This document shows positions 25,333 to 25,741 of a stretch of DNA of 25,741 bases, one piece after another. The notes beneath the pieces were generated by a model. That model saw only the letters and a list, made by a program, of their open reading frames with translations, was not told the origin of the DNA and searched no databases. The DNA is taken from the IMG/VR virus record IMGVR_UViG_3300033141_000111, positions 1 to 25,741 of that record, one strand, 5' to 3'. Numbering within the stretch: the first letter of the stretch is position 1; the number at the start of each line of letters is the position of its first letter. The DNA comes from a virus (Duplodnaviria; Caudoviricetes). The position numbers were made by a program, and so were the translations under genes.

Positions 25333-25741
25333 CAAGAGACGTGCAAGGTAGATCATTAGGCTTACCTAATAGGATTATAAAATACTTTTATGAAGATACG
25401 GGTAAAAGATCTAGAGGTACAACTTCTCAAACAAAAGTATATAAAAAGAAAAAGAAATTTAATAACCCTACTTCTCAAGTTTTAAAAGAAGTACAGCGTG
25501 AGATGGGTATAACTCCAGCTAGAGAGTTAAATAAATATGACAGAACAATAGGTCAATTTTTAAAAGGTTTTGCTAAAGTAAAAGGTGCAGTTGCTTCAGT
25601 TGCTGTAGCTAAAAACAAGGTAAAAGCTATGGACTTGAAAACTGCTAAAGGTAAAAAACAAATCGAAGCAGATGTTGGTGCTGGTAGATCTCGTGTTCAG
25701 TTTAGTGAAAAAGCAAAAGTTAGAAGAGCGTTTGATTTAGA
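25308..25741 (+). CDS. Continuation of giant ejection protein in the -1 frame (runs off the window)
   Basis: Frame is open from 25308 to the window end: YNEKVTVTRDVQGRSLGLPNRIIKYFYEDTGKRSRG...RVQFSEKAKVRRAFDL, with normal codon usage. Confidence 0.75.

Noticed and set aside
1-25741. tRNA, rRNA, CRISPR array, integrase/transposase, DGR repeats, stop-codon reassignment
   Set aside because: None recognised by eye. Long ORFs read through in the standard code, and the three breaks are frame changes rather than in-frame stops.

Overview
AT-rich dsDNA phage sequence with all credible genes on the + strand, forming a packaging, head, short-tail and ejected-protein module. Gene order: partial small ORF, small ORF, tandem-GroES-like protein, probable small terminase, large terminase, portal, scaffold-like acidic protein, major capsid protein, three head-tail or tail proteins, a split tail-nozzle ('stabilization') protein, a GNAT-like protein, and three internal/ejection proteins. 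The last of these is a giant polyvalent protein with HExxH and sigma-region-2-like segments. SD-less, AT-rich leaders and the gene content suggest a Bacteroidota (Flavobacteriia) podovirus-type phage (inference). The most striking signal is a hidden second coding layer. (1) A 218-aa putative lipoprotein gene and a second small ORF are overprinted in the +1 frame of the terminase ATPase domain, with a sharp local rise in GC. (2) A 37-aa basic 'MPFK' ORF is overprinted in the scaffold gene. (3) An in-frame G_GGA_AAG slippery site, 6-nt spacer and H-type pseudoknot lie near the 5' end of the giant ejection gene, predicting a -1 frameshifted 91-aa Cys/Arg-rich protein. Three essential-looking genes carry -1 frame breaks that are probably deletions or assembly errors. 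No database searches were run; product calls come from motif recognition and gene order.
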